From the IMG/VR virus record IMGVR_UViG_3300042366_001473: a stretch of 64,000 nucleotides of DNA. One strand, given 5' to 3'. Source of the stretch: an uncultured virus (IMG/VR IMGVR_UViG_3300042366_001473) (lineage: Duplodnaviria > Heunggongvirae > Uroviricota > Caudoviricetes). The number at the start of each line of letters is the position of its first letter. Position 1 is the first letter of the stretch. The translations under genes and the position numbers were made by a program. The notes beneath the pieces were generated by a model. It was not told the DNA's origin. It saw only the letters and a program-made list of their open reading frames with translations, and made no database searches. Shown in pieces: positions 29,020-37,344 of the stretch.

Positions 29020-29563
29020 GAAGATTCATGTGCAACGCCACCAAAGCTGCGTAACTTATTGCATGTGCTTTTTTGAATGTGTATCCTTGGCTGGTGTCTC
29101 CGTCCCATACTGATGCAAACACTTGATCCCAGGGTTGTCTCTGTAGGTGTGCTTTGCCCGGACGAATAATTGATATAAAAGCAGCCAATCTTGGTATTGA
29201 ATCTGGCTTCATTTCTTTCAGCAAATCATAGTAATTGCCCACGTGTGCTAGTTGCCTAACCCATTGAGCATCAGTCCACAGTCGGCTCCATGGAGGAGTT
29301 GCGGCCAGCATGGCTTCGTAGTGTTCAGGTGTTTGAATCAAGCTGTACACACTCATGTTCAAAAAGTCCAGTTTGAAATAGCCTCGTTGTTCTGCAGTTT
29401 CGTAGTCTATTGCGGCACAGCCATGCACAGGATCCTGTGGAATGTCTGTGACATACACTCCTGAATTGTGACGGCGCCCGTCACTTTGTCGTGCAGCAGT
29501 ATGCTGAATCAAACTCAGCACAGCACTGCGATCAGCAAAATCCAAATCAATATCTGCACTCAT
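28994..29563 (-). CDS. Minimal DNA polymerase III alpha (DnaE)-like catalytic core
   Basis: ADIDLDF, HNSGVYV, GYFKLDFL, IIRPG, GYTFKKAHAISY in DnaE order within 189 aa. Confidence 0.85.
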   Translation of the reverse strand: MSADIDLDFADRSAVLSLIQHTAARQSDGRRHNSGVYVTDIPQDPVHGCAAIDYETAEQRGYFKLDFLNMSVYSLIQTPEHYEAMLAATPPWSRLWTDAQWVRQLAHVGNYYDLLKEMKPDSIPRLAAFISIIRPGKAHLQRQPWDQVFASVWDGDTSQGYTFKKAHAISYAALVALHMNLLNPSDAQA

Positions 29564-30345
29564 AATATGGATAATTCTTTAAGTTTAGGCAACAGAATTG
29601 TGTTTGCAAACGAACGATGTGCGTCTGGGCCATAGTGACCAATTTTTGGGTGATCTAAAAAATCCAATGGTGTAAACTTTTGTTCATGTGACCAATCGCA
29701 AAATCCAAATGTTTCTAGATCGAAAATTCGTTGGTCCATTGCAATTTGTTGTTTAAAAAAATCTAGCAAATAGTCGCTCTCTAATTTTTCAGCAGCAGGT
29801 CCCTGAAAAATCAAAAAGTCAATATTCATACTGTCTAAAGTTGATTTTAACATAATCAAGTCTGCAAGTAAATTAATTCTTTCAGCATATGGGCTAAAAA
29901 AATATGCTCGGCCCTGGCTAAATTTTTCATAAAACTTAGTGTCTAATTTATACTTGTTGAGAGATTCAATGTTTTTATGGTTTAATAGATTCTCTCTCCA
30001 GTTCTGTTGACCGCTGAAAGTGTGCGTTACAAAGTTTGACTCACTAGGCCGACGGCTAGGCAAGTTGTCCGCCCATATTTCAGACCTCAACTCAAAACTC
30101 AGGCCGATTAGCGCAATTATTTTTTGTAAAGGATTCAGCTGCCGTTGAAGGATCAAATCATGCAGAGAAGTTCTAATAATTCTTCTATTGCAACTGCCGT
30201 TTACCGCGGCATTGATAACAAATCCGTGACAGTTTTCTCCAACTACATAGGCATAAGTTTTCCTTGTTAACGACACATGATACTCATCGTTGCTGTAGCT
30301 GTCTCCGTTGCAATAAATCAACGGAAAATCAATATCTGCGCTCAT
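29544..30345 (-). repeat. 20-bp direct repeats bounding the inserted gene (29544..29563 and 30326..30345)
   Basis: ATGAG(T/C)GCAGATATTGATTT, 19/20 identical. Confidence 0.85.
29560..30345 (-). CDS. SGNH/GDSL-like hydrolase, AT-rich accessory gene
   Basis: YCNGDSY, NAAVNGSCNRRI, C-terminal GHYGPDAH. Confidence 0.65.
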   Translation of the reverse strand: MSADIDFPLIYCNGDSYSNDEYHVSLTRKTYAYVVGENCHGFVINAAVNGSCNRRIIRTSLHDLILQRQLNPLQKIIALIGLSFELRSEIWADNLPSRRPSESNFVTHTFSGQQNWRENLLNHKNIESLNKYKLDTKFYEKFSQGRAYFFSPYAERINLLADLIMLKSTLDSMNIDFLIFQGPAAEKLESDYLLDFFKQQIAMDQRIFDLETFGFCDWSHEQKFTPLDFLDHPKIGHYGPDAHRSFANTILLPKLKELSIL

Positions 30346-30689
30346 TTTACGTCACACAGGGCCACTGCAATACGCACAGCTTCTTCAGCTCGTTGTTGTG
30401 CCGCCAGTGCATCTGCCACTGTGGGATGTTGAGCTGCCAGGGCCTTCATGCGTTCTTCCTCGACCATACGGTTTTGTGCCCAACGTATGATTTCCTGTGT
30501 TTTGCTGTCCAGTTCAATCTGTGGATAGCTCGATGTCATAGGCAACCATGAGCTGCCATCATACACTTCAATATTGTTGCCGTTGTACCGTACCATGCCA
30601 GCACTGGGTCGAGACATGTCTACGTAAGGTGAATTGTAAACGTTGCCTGCAACGTGTATTCCGTAGCCACCTGTGATATTTCTAATCAT
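30342..30689 (-). CDS. Hypothetical protein
   Basis: 115 aa with GMVRYNG.NIEVYDG.SW motif and C-terminal helices. Confidence 0.75.
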   Translation of the reverse strand: MIRNITGGYGIHVAGNVYNSPYVDMSRPSAGMVRYNGNNIEVYDGSSWLPMTSSYPQIELDSKTQEIIRWAQNRMVEEERMKALAAQHPTVADALAAQQRAEEAVRIAVALCDVK

Positions 30690-30690
30690 G

Positions 30691-31365
30691 TTACCATCCT
30701 GCTCTTGTCAATATTTCTTGTGCATAGGTCTGATCTTCTGGACGCTCTGCAAACCTACGTGACCAGGTGTCGCTGTTGATATAACTCCAGATCATTTCTA
30801 CCTGTTGAGGATGTAGACTGGCCAGGAACTTCTGACCCGACTCTGAATTGTAGATTGCCCAGGGACTGATTCGACCTGCAGTGATTGCATAACACACTGC
30901 ATTGGTGTTGCCATATCTCAAACAGTCCTGTGGTTGTGCTGAATTCTTTTCAGCCCATTCTATACCAAACTCTATGGCTCTGGTCAATGCATCATCCACT
31001 GCTTCGTGTTGCAGGTGATACAGCAAGTATTCAGTGTAGACTTTGTCTGAACACCAGTTGTCAATTTTTTTGTTGTGCTTCAACAACCAATCAATCATGC
31101 GTGGGGGATTTATTACCCTAGTATCTATACAGTAACGTCCAAACTTCACAAATGCTCGGTAGTAAGGACTGTCTGCAAACTCGTCAAATGACTTGGCTTT
31201 GCTGCCGCCTTGCACCATGCGATAAAACTGCAGATAGGCCTGCAAGCCCAACTGCACACCGCGCTCACTCTGCTCCATGCGTCGACGTTTGGGTTCGCAC
31301 ATGTGAGCCACAATGGTGCTTTCACGTGCAAATGTTTTTTTACAATATTCACACACAAAGCTCAT
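30691..31365 (-). CDS. Protein with N-terminal C2H2/C2HC-type zinc finger
   Basis: FVCEYCKKTFARESTIVAHMC. Confidence 0.75.
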   Translation of the reverse strand: MSFVCEYCKKTFARESTIVAHMCEPKRRRMEQSERGVQLGLQAYLQFYRMVQGGSKAKSFDEFADSPYYRAFVKFGRYCIDTRVINPPRMIDWLLKHNKKIDNWCSDKVYTEYLLYHLQHEAVDDALTRAIEFGIEWAEKNSAQPQDCLRYGNTNAVCYAITAGRISPWAIYNSESGQKFLASLHPQQVEMIWSYINSDTWSRRFAERPEDQTYAQEILTRAGW

Positions 31366-32093
31366 GCTAGTATTTTATGCTCTTGGATGTAGTCTGTCAA
31401 GTATTGATTCAATATGTGATGGTGGCCGGCAGCTGGATGCACCATTTCGGGCGGTACGTAAGGATGGCCTGGTGCGTATATTGTGGGCTGTACTCCTTGC
31501 TCATGTTGCCAGGCCACTGCTCGCCAGGCCAACCCGTTTATGATTTCTGGGCGATTGCGCATCGGGGCAAATCTGGCATCAGACAGTATTTCTTGATATA
31601 AATTGTCAGCTTGTTGAAATACCAACACACGATGTCCGCGCATTTTTATACTGTCCACTGTGGCCAGGATACGATACATTAAATCTTCAGTGCGATCCAG
31701 GATACTGTCGCTTTCATACTTTAACTTGAGCTCTACATACTGTTCACTATTTTTGGTAGTCCAATGCTGCATCCAACGATTTTGAAACTGTTGATTTTGA
31801 GGATTGGTCCAACGTCCTTCAAACAGATCACGATCATCCAGTATGGGAATTTCTAAACGGCTTACAAATGTCATGCCCATCACATACAATGTGTTGTAGC
31901 CTGGATTGTAACTGTGCTTGTGTACTGTGCGTAAGATGCGACTGTTGGCACTGCCACCAATGGCCAAGCTCACTGCGTTGATTGCACCTGCGGGAGTTCT
32001 AATGTCCAGTCGTTCAGCTAGGTCTACATGTCCGTCACCAAACGCATAGGTTTCCATGTAGCTACAACCATTGACCACTAACTGCTCGATCAT
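31362..32093 (-). CDS. SGNH/GDSL-like hydrolase, accessory gene
   Basis: VVNGCSY, SLAIGGSANSRI, C-terminal VHPAAGHH. Confidence 0.65.
   Translation of the reverse strand: MIEQLVVNGCSYMETYAFGDGHVDLAERLDIRTPAGAINAVSLAIGGSANSRILRTVHKHSYNPGYNTLYVMGMTFVSRLEIPILDDRDLFEGRWTNPQNQQFQNRWMQHWTTKNSEQYVELKLKYESDSILDRTEDLMYRILATVDSIKMRGHRVLVFQQADNLYQEILSDARFAPMRNRPEIINGLAWRAVAWQHEQGVQPTIYAPGHPYVPPEMVHPAAGHHHILNQYLTDYIQEHKILA
31372..31400 (-). promoter_or_regulatory. sigma70 promoter embedded in the accessory gene 3' end
   Basis: TTGACA-N17-TAAAAT, 6 nt before ATG 31365. Confidence 0.6.
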
Positions 32094-32542
32094 TTTGTGT
32101 CCTGCCCGCTTTGTTTAAGATACTCTTTGATCTCTTTGTCTGTGATAATTTGCATCATGACATCAATCTCGTCATCCTTGTGAGTGGGATAAATGGCCAT
32201 TAACTGTTTGCGCTTGGCACTAACCCCGGCTTCCCTTTTTTTGGGCGCAATCCAGACATGTCTAGGAGTGCCCATGTCTGGACTGACTGCAGTGGCCATC
32301 AACCACTGTAGCTTTTTGTGTGCTGTGGTGTTGACTGCAAAGAAGTGTTTGTTGAGGCGCTCGTTGGTGGAGATAACATAGAACTCTTGTAGATCTCGCG
32401 ACCCTTCTACTGCGCTACCCCAGCGAATCATCAAGTACGGCGAAAACTTTTTTCGTTCTTCGTCTGTGAGTTCGTTGTAGAAGTCTCGATTTTTGCGATC
32501 AAATTGTCGCATCTCGTTGGCAATGCTTAGTTTATCACTCAT
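32090..32542 (-). CDS. Probable clamp-loader small subunit (T4 gp62-like)
   Basis: FSPYLMIRWGS...NERLN...LQWL...HVWIAPKK pattern, matching size and replication-gene context. Confidence 0.55.
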   Translation of the reverse strand: MSDKLSIANEMRQFDRKNRDFYNELTDEERKKFSPYLMIRWGSAVEGSRDLQEFYVISTNERLNKHFFAVNTTAHKKLQWLMATAVSPDMGTPRHVWIAPKKREAGVSAKRKQLMAIYPTHKDDEIDVMMQIITDKEIKEYLKQSGQDTK

Positions 32543-32834
32543 CTGTTTTACTCAAGTTGTAGATCATTATAGCACGATCTAGGGCATCTTGTAAAGTGGG
32601 ATTGGTGCGAGCAGTACGGCGTATGTCTCCCCAGAGTTTGTCTTGACGCATGTGATCATGCAAGGGCCGCCCATCAGCAGTGCGTGAGTCTGAAGTTTTG
32701 TAAGGATCATAGTCTGCACCAGATTCGTATCCTACCACTTGACGTGTGCTTGGATCAGCGCCCGACTCTCGTGCATACACAATACCATCAGCACGTTCAT
32801 AGATGTATGTTGCGCCTGGCTTCAACGTACCCAT
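32535..32834 (-). CDS. Hypothetical protein
   Basis: 99 aa, YIYER.DG.VYARE.G motif. Confidence 0.75.
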   Translation of the reverse strand: MGTLKPGATYIYERADGIVYARESGADPSTRQVVGYESGADYDPYKTSDSRTADGRPLHDHMRQDKLWGDIRRTARTNPTLQDALDRAIMIYNLSKTDE

Positions 32835-33169
32835 TAGTGATTCCTTGTGCCATCAAACACACAGTTGAATACCAAGTGCATTTCGCCATCGTTGATTACT
32901 CGGTGAAATGCACCATCGGGAATCAAGATAATATCTCCGGCACTGACTCTAAACTTTTCATTGTCTACCAGCATCATGCCTGTGCCTTGCACAAAGAAGT
33001 AAACTTCTTCCTGGCCCTCGTGACTGTGCCCACGTGTGGCCTGGCCTCGATACAGTTTGGTCGAACTCAACACAAGATTTTTCAAGGTCTTGTTGTCTTT
33101 AAGCAAGTAGGTTTCGTTGTCTTTGACAATTTCGCCACCAACATCATGATTAGTATATTTCAAGTTCAT
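32834..33169 (-). CDS. Cupin-domain protein
   Basis: GHSHEGQEEVYFF, GDIILIPDGAFHRV; start MNLKY. Confidence 0.85.
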   Translation of the reverse strand: MNLKYTNHDVGGEIVKDNETYLLKDNKTLKNLVLSSTKLYRGQATRGHSHEGQEEVYFFVQGTGMMLVDNEKFRVSAGDIILIPDGAFHRVINDGEMHLVFNCVFDGTRNH

Positions 33170-33173
33170 AGTA

Positions 33174-33674
33174 TCACCATGCTTTGTTGTAGTCCACAAT
33201 TTCGCAGTTGCGACTGACATCCTTGACAAAATAAACGCAGTCAGGTTCAGGATCATCACTCAACGGCACTGCCAGCATTTGTCCATTTTTAAGTTTGGGT
33301 GCATACCACGAAACTTCATGATACACATCCAGGATCTCAATGTCGGGAAAACTAGGACGAAAGCTGGTCAACGGATTGAATTGAAATACTCGGAATCCTC
33401 GGTCGTTGATCGAAGTCAAAGGCAACACTTCAAGGTCGCCTACTTCGGGTTCACCAATCAGGATCTGCCAGTCCATGGGCATACGCACTGTGTTGTTGCC
33501 TATCCTCAATACCAGGGCTGGTGCAGTAAAACTTTCCAAAAAGATAAGTGGTATAAAATGATAATCTGGGTCTGCCGGATTTGAATTGTCTAGGATAGCA
33601 AATCGCATGTCGTCAATTTCTTCAGGCAGGTGATCTAGATTGTAGTGTTGATTGTCTAAGGTTAGTATACGCAT
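33174..33674 (-). CDS. Hypothetical protein
   Basis: 166-aa ORF with its own promoter. Confidence 0.8.
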   Translation of the reverse strand: MRILTLDNQHYNLDHLPEEIDDMRFAILDNSNPADPDYHFIPLIFLESFTAPALVLRIGNNTVRMPMDWQILIGEPEVGDLEVLPLTSINDRGFRVFQFNPLTSFRPSFPDIEILDVYHEVSWYAPKLKNGQMLAVPLSDDPEPDCVYFVKDVSRNCEIVDYNKAW

Positions 33675-33682
33675 ATAATTTT

Positions 33683-33711
33683 ATTTTAACATCATTGTTT
33701 CAAACTGTCAA
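33683..33711 (-). promoter_or_regulatory. sigma70 promoter overlapping the accessory gene end
   Basis: TTGACA-N17-TAAAAT. Confidence 0.6.
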
Positions 33712-34396
33712 CAATTTTACAATGTATCTTGGCAGCAACTATTTCTTGCGTAGCTCGATCAGTGTGAAACGGGGAATCGTATTCTCGGTTGGATTCTGAA
33801 AATTTGTAAGCTGGAGCTCCAATATCGTCGTCGTTGAAACACAAAGTTTTTATGCCTTGCTTTTCGCAGCGACTTTCCCAATATTCAAAAATCCACCGAT
33901 CTGTTTGTGTCTGTAAAGTATCATTGTACAGATATTTGAAATATAAATTAACCGCAGTTATTTGTTCTTTGGTCAGCTTAAAAAACGGGCTATTTTCCAT
34001 GTTCAATCTTCCGGTGCTGATAATCATACTTCCTTCTTTGCTATTGTCATCAGCACCTACACCTCCAACGTAAGGTGTATGCGAACTAGAAAAACAAGGA
34101 TCGTAGTAGATAAAATTTTTTAGACTGTCAGTGGTATTATAGTATGCATCTCTTACATACAAATCTAGTCTGCTGCTCCATGTTCTATTGTAAACAATTA
34201 TGTCAGGATTGAGCTTTGTTGCTTGCTCAATTTGAAACCAGATAGCTGTATTACTCATAGCACCGTGAGCAAGATTCAGCACTTGGTATCCGTACTGATC
34301 TTCCAGTATCTGACTAAAGTGAGCTCGTGGTCCAGGCAGCAGACTTTCTTGGTTACTGCTTGCACAAAAACTATCACCGCATACAATTATTTTCAT
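33692..34396 (-). CDS. SGNH/GDSL-like hydrolase, AT-rich accessory gene
   Basis: IVCGDSF, NLAHGAMSN, C-terminal DSPFHT. Confidence 0.65.
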   Translation of the reverse strand: MKIIVCGDSFCASSNQESLLPGPRAHFSQILEDQYGYQVLNLAHGAMSNTAIWFQIEQATKLNPDIIVYNRTWSSRLDLYVRDAYYNTTDSLKNFIYYDPCFSSSHTPYVGGVGADDNSKEGSMIISTGRLNMENSPFFKLTKEQITAVNLYFKYLYNDTLQTQTDRWIFEYWESRCEKQGIKTLCFNDDDIGAPAYKFSESNREYDSPFHTDRATQEIVAAKIHCKIVDSLKQ

Positions 34397-35862
34397 GCTA
34401 TTTTCATCCAGTCTAATTTTTCCGCAGTAAACGGATAGTTGGCATCTCGATAAAACTGTTTGCGTTTGGTCAAGTGACGCTTGGCAAACTTGCAGGTACT
34501 TGTCACGTCCCAGATTTGTACGTGGTCTTTGTCCTCTGCTTTTCTAATACCTCGCCCAATACTTTGAATAACACGTACAAAGCTCTTACCAGGTTCAACA
34601 AGCACCAAATTAAAAATGCGAGGAATATTGATACCCACGGCTGCAACTCCGTATGTGGCCACAATGATTTTGTCTGTTGCGTTGGCCACTTGATCATATT
34701 CATCCTGTCGGTCTTTTGATTTGGTTGCACCACTCACAAACACCGCTTTGTCACCCAGCCTTGCTACTAGCTCAGTGCCTGCTGCCACACGGTCTACTAG
34801 TACCAAGGTATTGCCAGTTTCATTGATCTGCAGGATCAGCCCTGCCATGGCGTCTAGCCTACCCTTCTCCTCCAGCAAGTATTTGAGCTCACTTTGATAG
34901 TTGCTGAACTCCACATGGTCCAACAGTTGTACAATGTTCACATGGCACTGTGCCAACACACCACGGTCCTGTAGTTCACTGGCACTGAGCTTGCTGATAA
35001 CTGGTCCCAGGCTCACCAACAGGCTTTGGCTTTCAAACTTTTCTTTGGGCACTGTGCCCGTGAGTCCCCAACGAATTGGCACTCGCGACATCACACCTGT
35101 AAGCATGGTTTTGAGTGCATCTGCTTTGGCCATGTGTACCTCGTCCACAATCACACACACCACACCTTCCATAAAGTCCAGCATGGTAAAGTCTGCCGCA
35201 CCGCTGGCTGAGTTTTTCATCAGCACATTGAGACTTTGCCAAGTGCAAATGGTATGCGTCTTGCCCAGCTCTTTGCGATCGCCAAAATACACACCCACAT
35301 CCAGTCCTAGATTGATGTAGTCCTTTTCAGTCTGCCGCACAAGATCTTTGTTGGGCACAATAATGATGGACCTGCCATATTTTTGCACGTTCCAACTCAG
35401 AGCTGCTGTCATCAGGGTCTTGCCTGCACCTGTGGCCACTTCTTGAATACACTGTGGGTTCTGTAGATAATTATTCACAATCTCTACCTGATAGTCACGC
35501 AACATCACAGGCTGTCCTGCCATAGGATGCCCCACAGGCCACATTGTGTCCTGGAATGTGTGTTCCTGCATGGCATCAAATTCAAATGTGTTGGAGTAAT
35601 CACGCTGATCATCCAGTTCAATGTTGTAGTCGTACTGCTCCAGGATGGGAATGATCTCGGGCAATAGATTGATATAACTGCTGCCGCCCAACTGAAAGTA
35701 GGCCACTTTGCCATCCCACCGACCCAGTCTCACAGCAGGTTGATACCGTGCTCCGGGTATTTCGTACTTGAATGTGTTCACTAGTTTTTTACGCACATCA
35801 AGATCTAGCCCCTCTATCTTGATATTGACTTCGTCTCGGATTACTATGGTTGCTAATTTCAT
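34393..35862 (-). CDS. uvsW: SF2 helicase UvsW
   Basis: LRDYQ, ATGAGKT, DEVH, GLTGT, QSIGRGIR. Confidence 0.9.
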   Translation of the reverse strand: MKLATIVIRDEVNIKIEGLDLDVRKKLVNTFKYEIPGARYQPAVRLGRWDGKVAYFQLGGSSYINLLPEIIPILEQYDYNIELDDQRDYSNTFEFDAMQEHTFQDTMWPVGHPMAGQPVMLRDYQVEIVNNYLQNPQCIQEVATGAGKTLMTAALSWNVQKYGRSIIIVPNKDLVRQTEKDYINLGLDVGVYFGDRKELGKTHTICTWQSLNVLMKNSASGAADFTMLDFMEGVVCVIVDEVHMAKADALKTMLTGVMSRVPIRWGLTGTVPKEKFESQSLLVSLGPVISKLSASELQDRGVLAQCHVNIVQLLDHVEFSNYQSELKYLLEEKGRLDAMAGLILQINETGNTLVLVDRVAAGTELVARLGDKAVFVSGATKSKDRQDEYDQVANATDKIIVATYGVAAVGINIPRIFNLVLVEPGKSFVRVIQSIGRGIRKAEDKDHVQIWDVTSTCKFAKRHLTKRKQFYRDANYPFTAEKLDWMKIA

Positions 35863-36725
35863 TGTATATGTATATTTGTCACTTGTTGTCTGACTGCTAT
35901 TTCCTGCAACAATTGATCTCGTGGCATGGTCTCTATCAGCTGTGCCACCGGAAACCGCAATGGTTGTAGTTGCGTGTTGTCAAAAGATTCAAACCCACGA
36001 TTGTGAAAAAACTCACGGTGTGTTGAGTAGTATTGTTGCATACTTGCATGGGTTTTGTCAAGTGCTGGTGTGTCGTATTCAAAAAATCTCACCACAAAGT
36101 CACTGCTGTAGTACGAGAATGGACGAAATGCATCATCTCCAATGTAGCGATCATTGTCTCTGGCAAGATCTTCTAGAGTCTTGCCTATTTCGCAATAGTT
36201 CAAACACACACTACCCCAGGGAGGGTTCACAGTACCGTATTGTTGTTGTACAGTCAGAGGCAAGGTGTGTTGTTTGGGTTGTCCATACCAGGTACACACC
36301 AGCCTAGGGGTCGGTGCAGACTGAGCAGTTTCACATCGGTGTACAGCCAAGTTGAGATCAGCCAGTGCGGTCCGAACCCAATCAGGAGCAGACATCCAGT
36401 ATTCACTGTTCTGCTGATCCAACAGGCCGTGATATCGTTCAAAGATATTGTGCAGATAGTTCAGGGTGTCTTGATCATGCACATCTGTCAATGCACGGTC
36501 TGCAATGTGCTGGTACTGATTGATGATGGTTACACAACGATTAATTTCTGTCAATGCACGATCTGCTTCTGTTTTGGCACTGTCAAAACCGTAGAAACGT
36601 CGAGGGTGATCCAAGGGCCAAGCATGGCGTTGACTCATTCTCTCTTGCCACAGCTCTGCTACAGGTGTGGCCAACACATGAAATTGCAATGTCAGATCTT
36701 CAAGCTCAATATACAAAATGCTCAT
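35859..36725 (-). CDS. Hypothetical protein
   Basis: Likely start MSILYIE, 6 nt after the -10 box. Confidence 0.75.
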   Translation of the reverse strand: MSILYIELEDLTLQFHVLATPVAELWQERMSQRHAWPLDHPRRFYGFDSAKTEADRALTEINRCVTIINQYQHIADRALTDVHDQDTLNYLHNIFERYHGLLDQQNSEYWMSAPDWVRTALADLNLAVHRCETAQSAPTPRLVCTWYGQPKQHTLPLTVQQQYGTVNPPWGSVCLNYCEIGKTLEDLARDNDRYIGDDAFRPFSYYSSDFVVRFFEYDTPALDKTHASMQQYYSTHREFFHNRGFESFDNTQLQPLRFPVAQLIETMPRDQLLQEIAVRQQVTNIHIQ

Positions 36726-36731
36726 AACTGT

Positions 36732-36760
36732 AGTATATATTGTTGTGACTATCAAGTCAA
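36732..36760 (-). promoter_or_regulatory. sigma70 promoter
   Basis: TTGACT-N17-TATACT. Confidence 0.7.
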
Positions 36761-36791
36761 AAAAGTAGGTACCTTTTTAGGGGTACCTACT
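36759..36791 (-). terminator. Rho-independent terminator
   Basis: AGTAGGTACC...GGTACCTACT followed by a T-run. Confidence 0.75.
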
Positions 36792-36797
36792 ATAAAG

Positions 36798-36829
36798 CCT
36801 GGGCCGGAGCCAACCGTGTAATGCCCAGG
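36798..36829 (-). ncRNA. Candidate antisense hairpin (anti-RBS loop)
   Basis: Stem CCTGGGC/GCCCAGG with loop AUUACACGGUUGGCUCCG, complementary to early-gene RBSs. Confidence 0.45.
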
Positions 36830-36855
36830 AAAAAAGAAAACAAAATAAACTACAT

Positions 36856-36957
36856 CTACTTTGCTACCACTCGAAAACCCTGTTGCTGTTGTTCGTCTGC
36901 TTCGTGCCGAGTATCAACGACAAACAAAAACAAATCGCCATCCCAAATTTCAAACAT
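36856..36957 (-). CDS. Small protein (33 aa)
   Basis: MFEIWDGDLFLFVVDTRHEADEQQQQGFRVVAK, SD AAGGA. Confidence 0.55.
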   Translation of the reverse strand: MFEIWDGDLFLFVVDTRHEADEQQQQGFRVVAK

Positions 36958-37078
36958 TTGTCAATTCCTTTATTTCATATCCTGAGTGCGGGTACCTTGC
37001 AATCAACCATTCCAACAGACCTGGTTCCCAAGGCAGTGTAATATCACCTGCACGATTAGCAATGTATTTTACTGTCAT
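36950..37078 (-). CDS. Small protein (42 aa)
   Basis: MTVKYIANRAGDITLPWEPGLLEWLIARYPHSGYEIKELTNV, SD AAGGA. Confidence 0.6.
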   Translation of the reverse strand: MTVKYIANRAGDITLPWEPGLLEWLIARYPHSGYEIKELTNV

Positions 37079-37087
37079 GTATATTCC

Positions 37088-37240
37088 TTAAAAAATTGCA
37101 TTGGCCGCGGCTGCGGCATTCCAGGCACTAAACACAATGCTGGTCCAACCCAGGCCATTGTGCCCAGCTTCAAAATCACGCTTGGCCCATTTCAGCATGA
37201 GCCATGCAAGAAAAATATTCAAAATGACCCATACGCTCAT
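37088..37240 (-). CDS. Small membrane protein (50 aa)
   Basis: MSVWVILNIFLAWLMLKWAKRDFEAGHNGLGWTSIVFSAWNAAAAANAIF. Confidence 0.6.
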   Translation of the reverse strand: MSVWVILNIFLAWLMLKWAKRDFEAGHNGLGWTSIVFSAWNAAAAANAIF

Positions 37241-37344
37241 AACACCACCGCAATCAAAAAAATAAACAAAGCCACAACAGGATGTCCAAACAACAAGGCC
37301 ATCATGGCAAGTATGGTTCCATAGAAGGCCTTGTCACTGCTCAT
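37237..37344 (-). CDS. Small membrane peptide (35 aa)
   Basis: MSSDKAFYGTILAMMALLFGHPVVALFIFLIAVVL; TAATG and ATGA coupling at its two ends. Confidence 0.6.
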   Translation of the reverse strand: MSSDKAFYGTILAMMALLFGHPVVALFIFLIAVVL

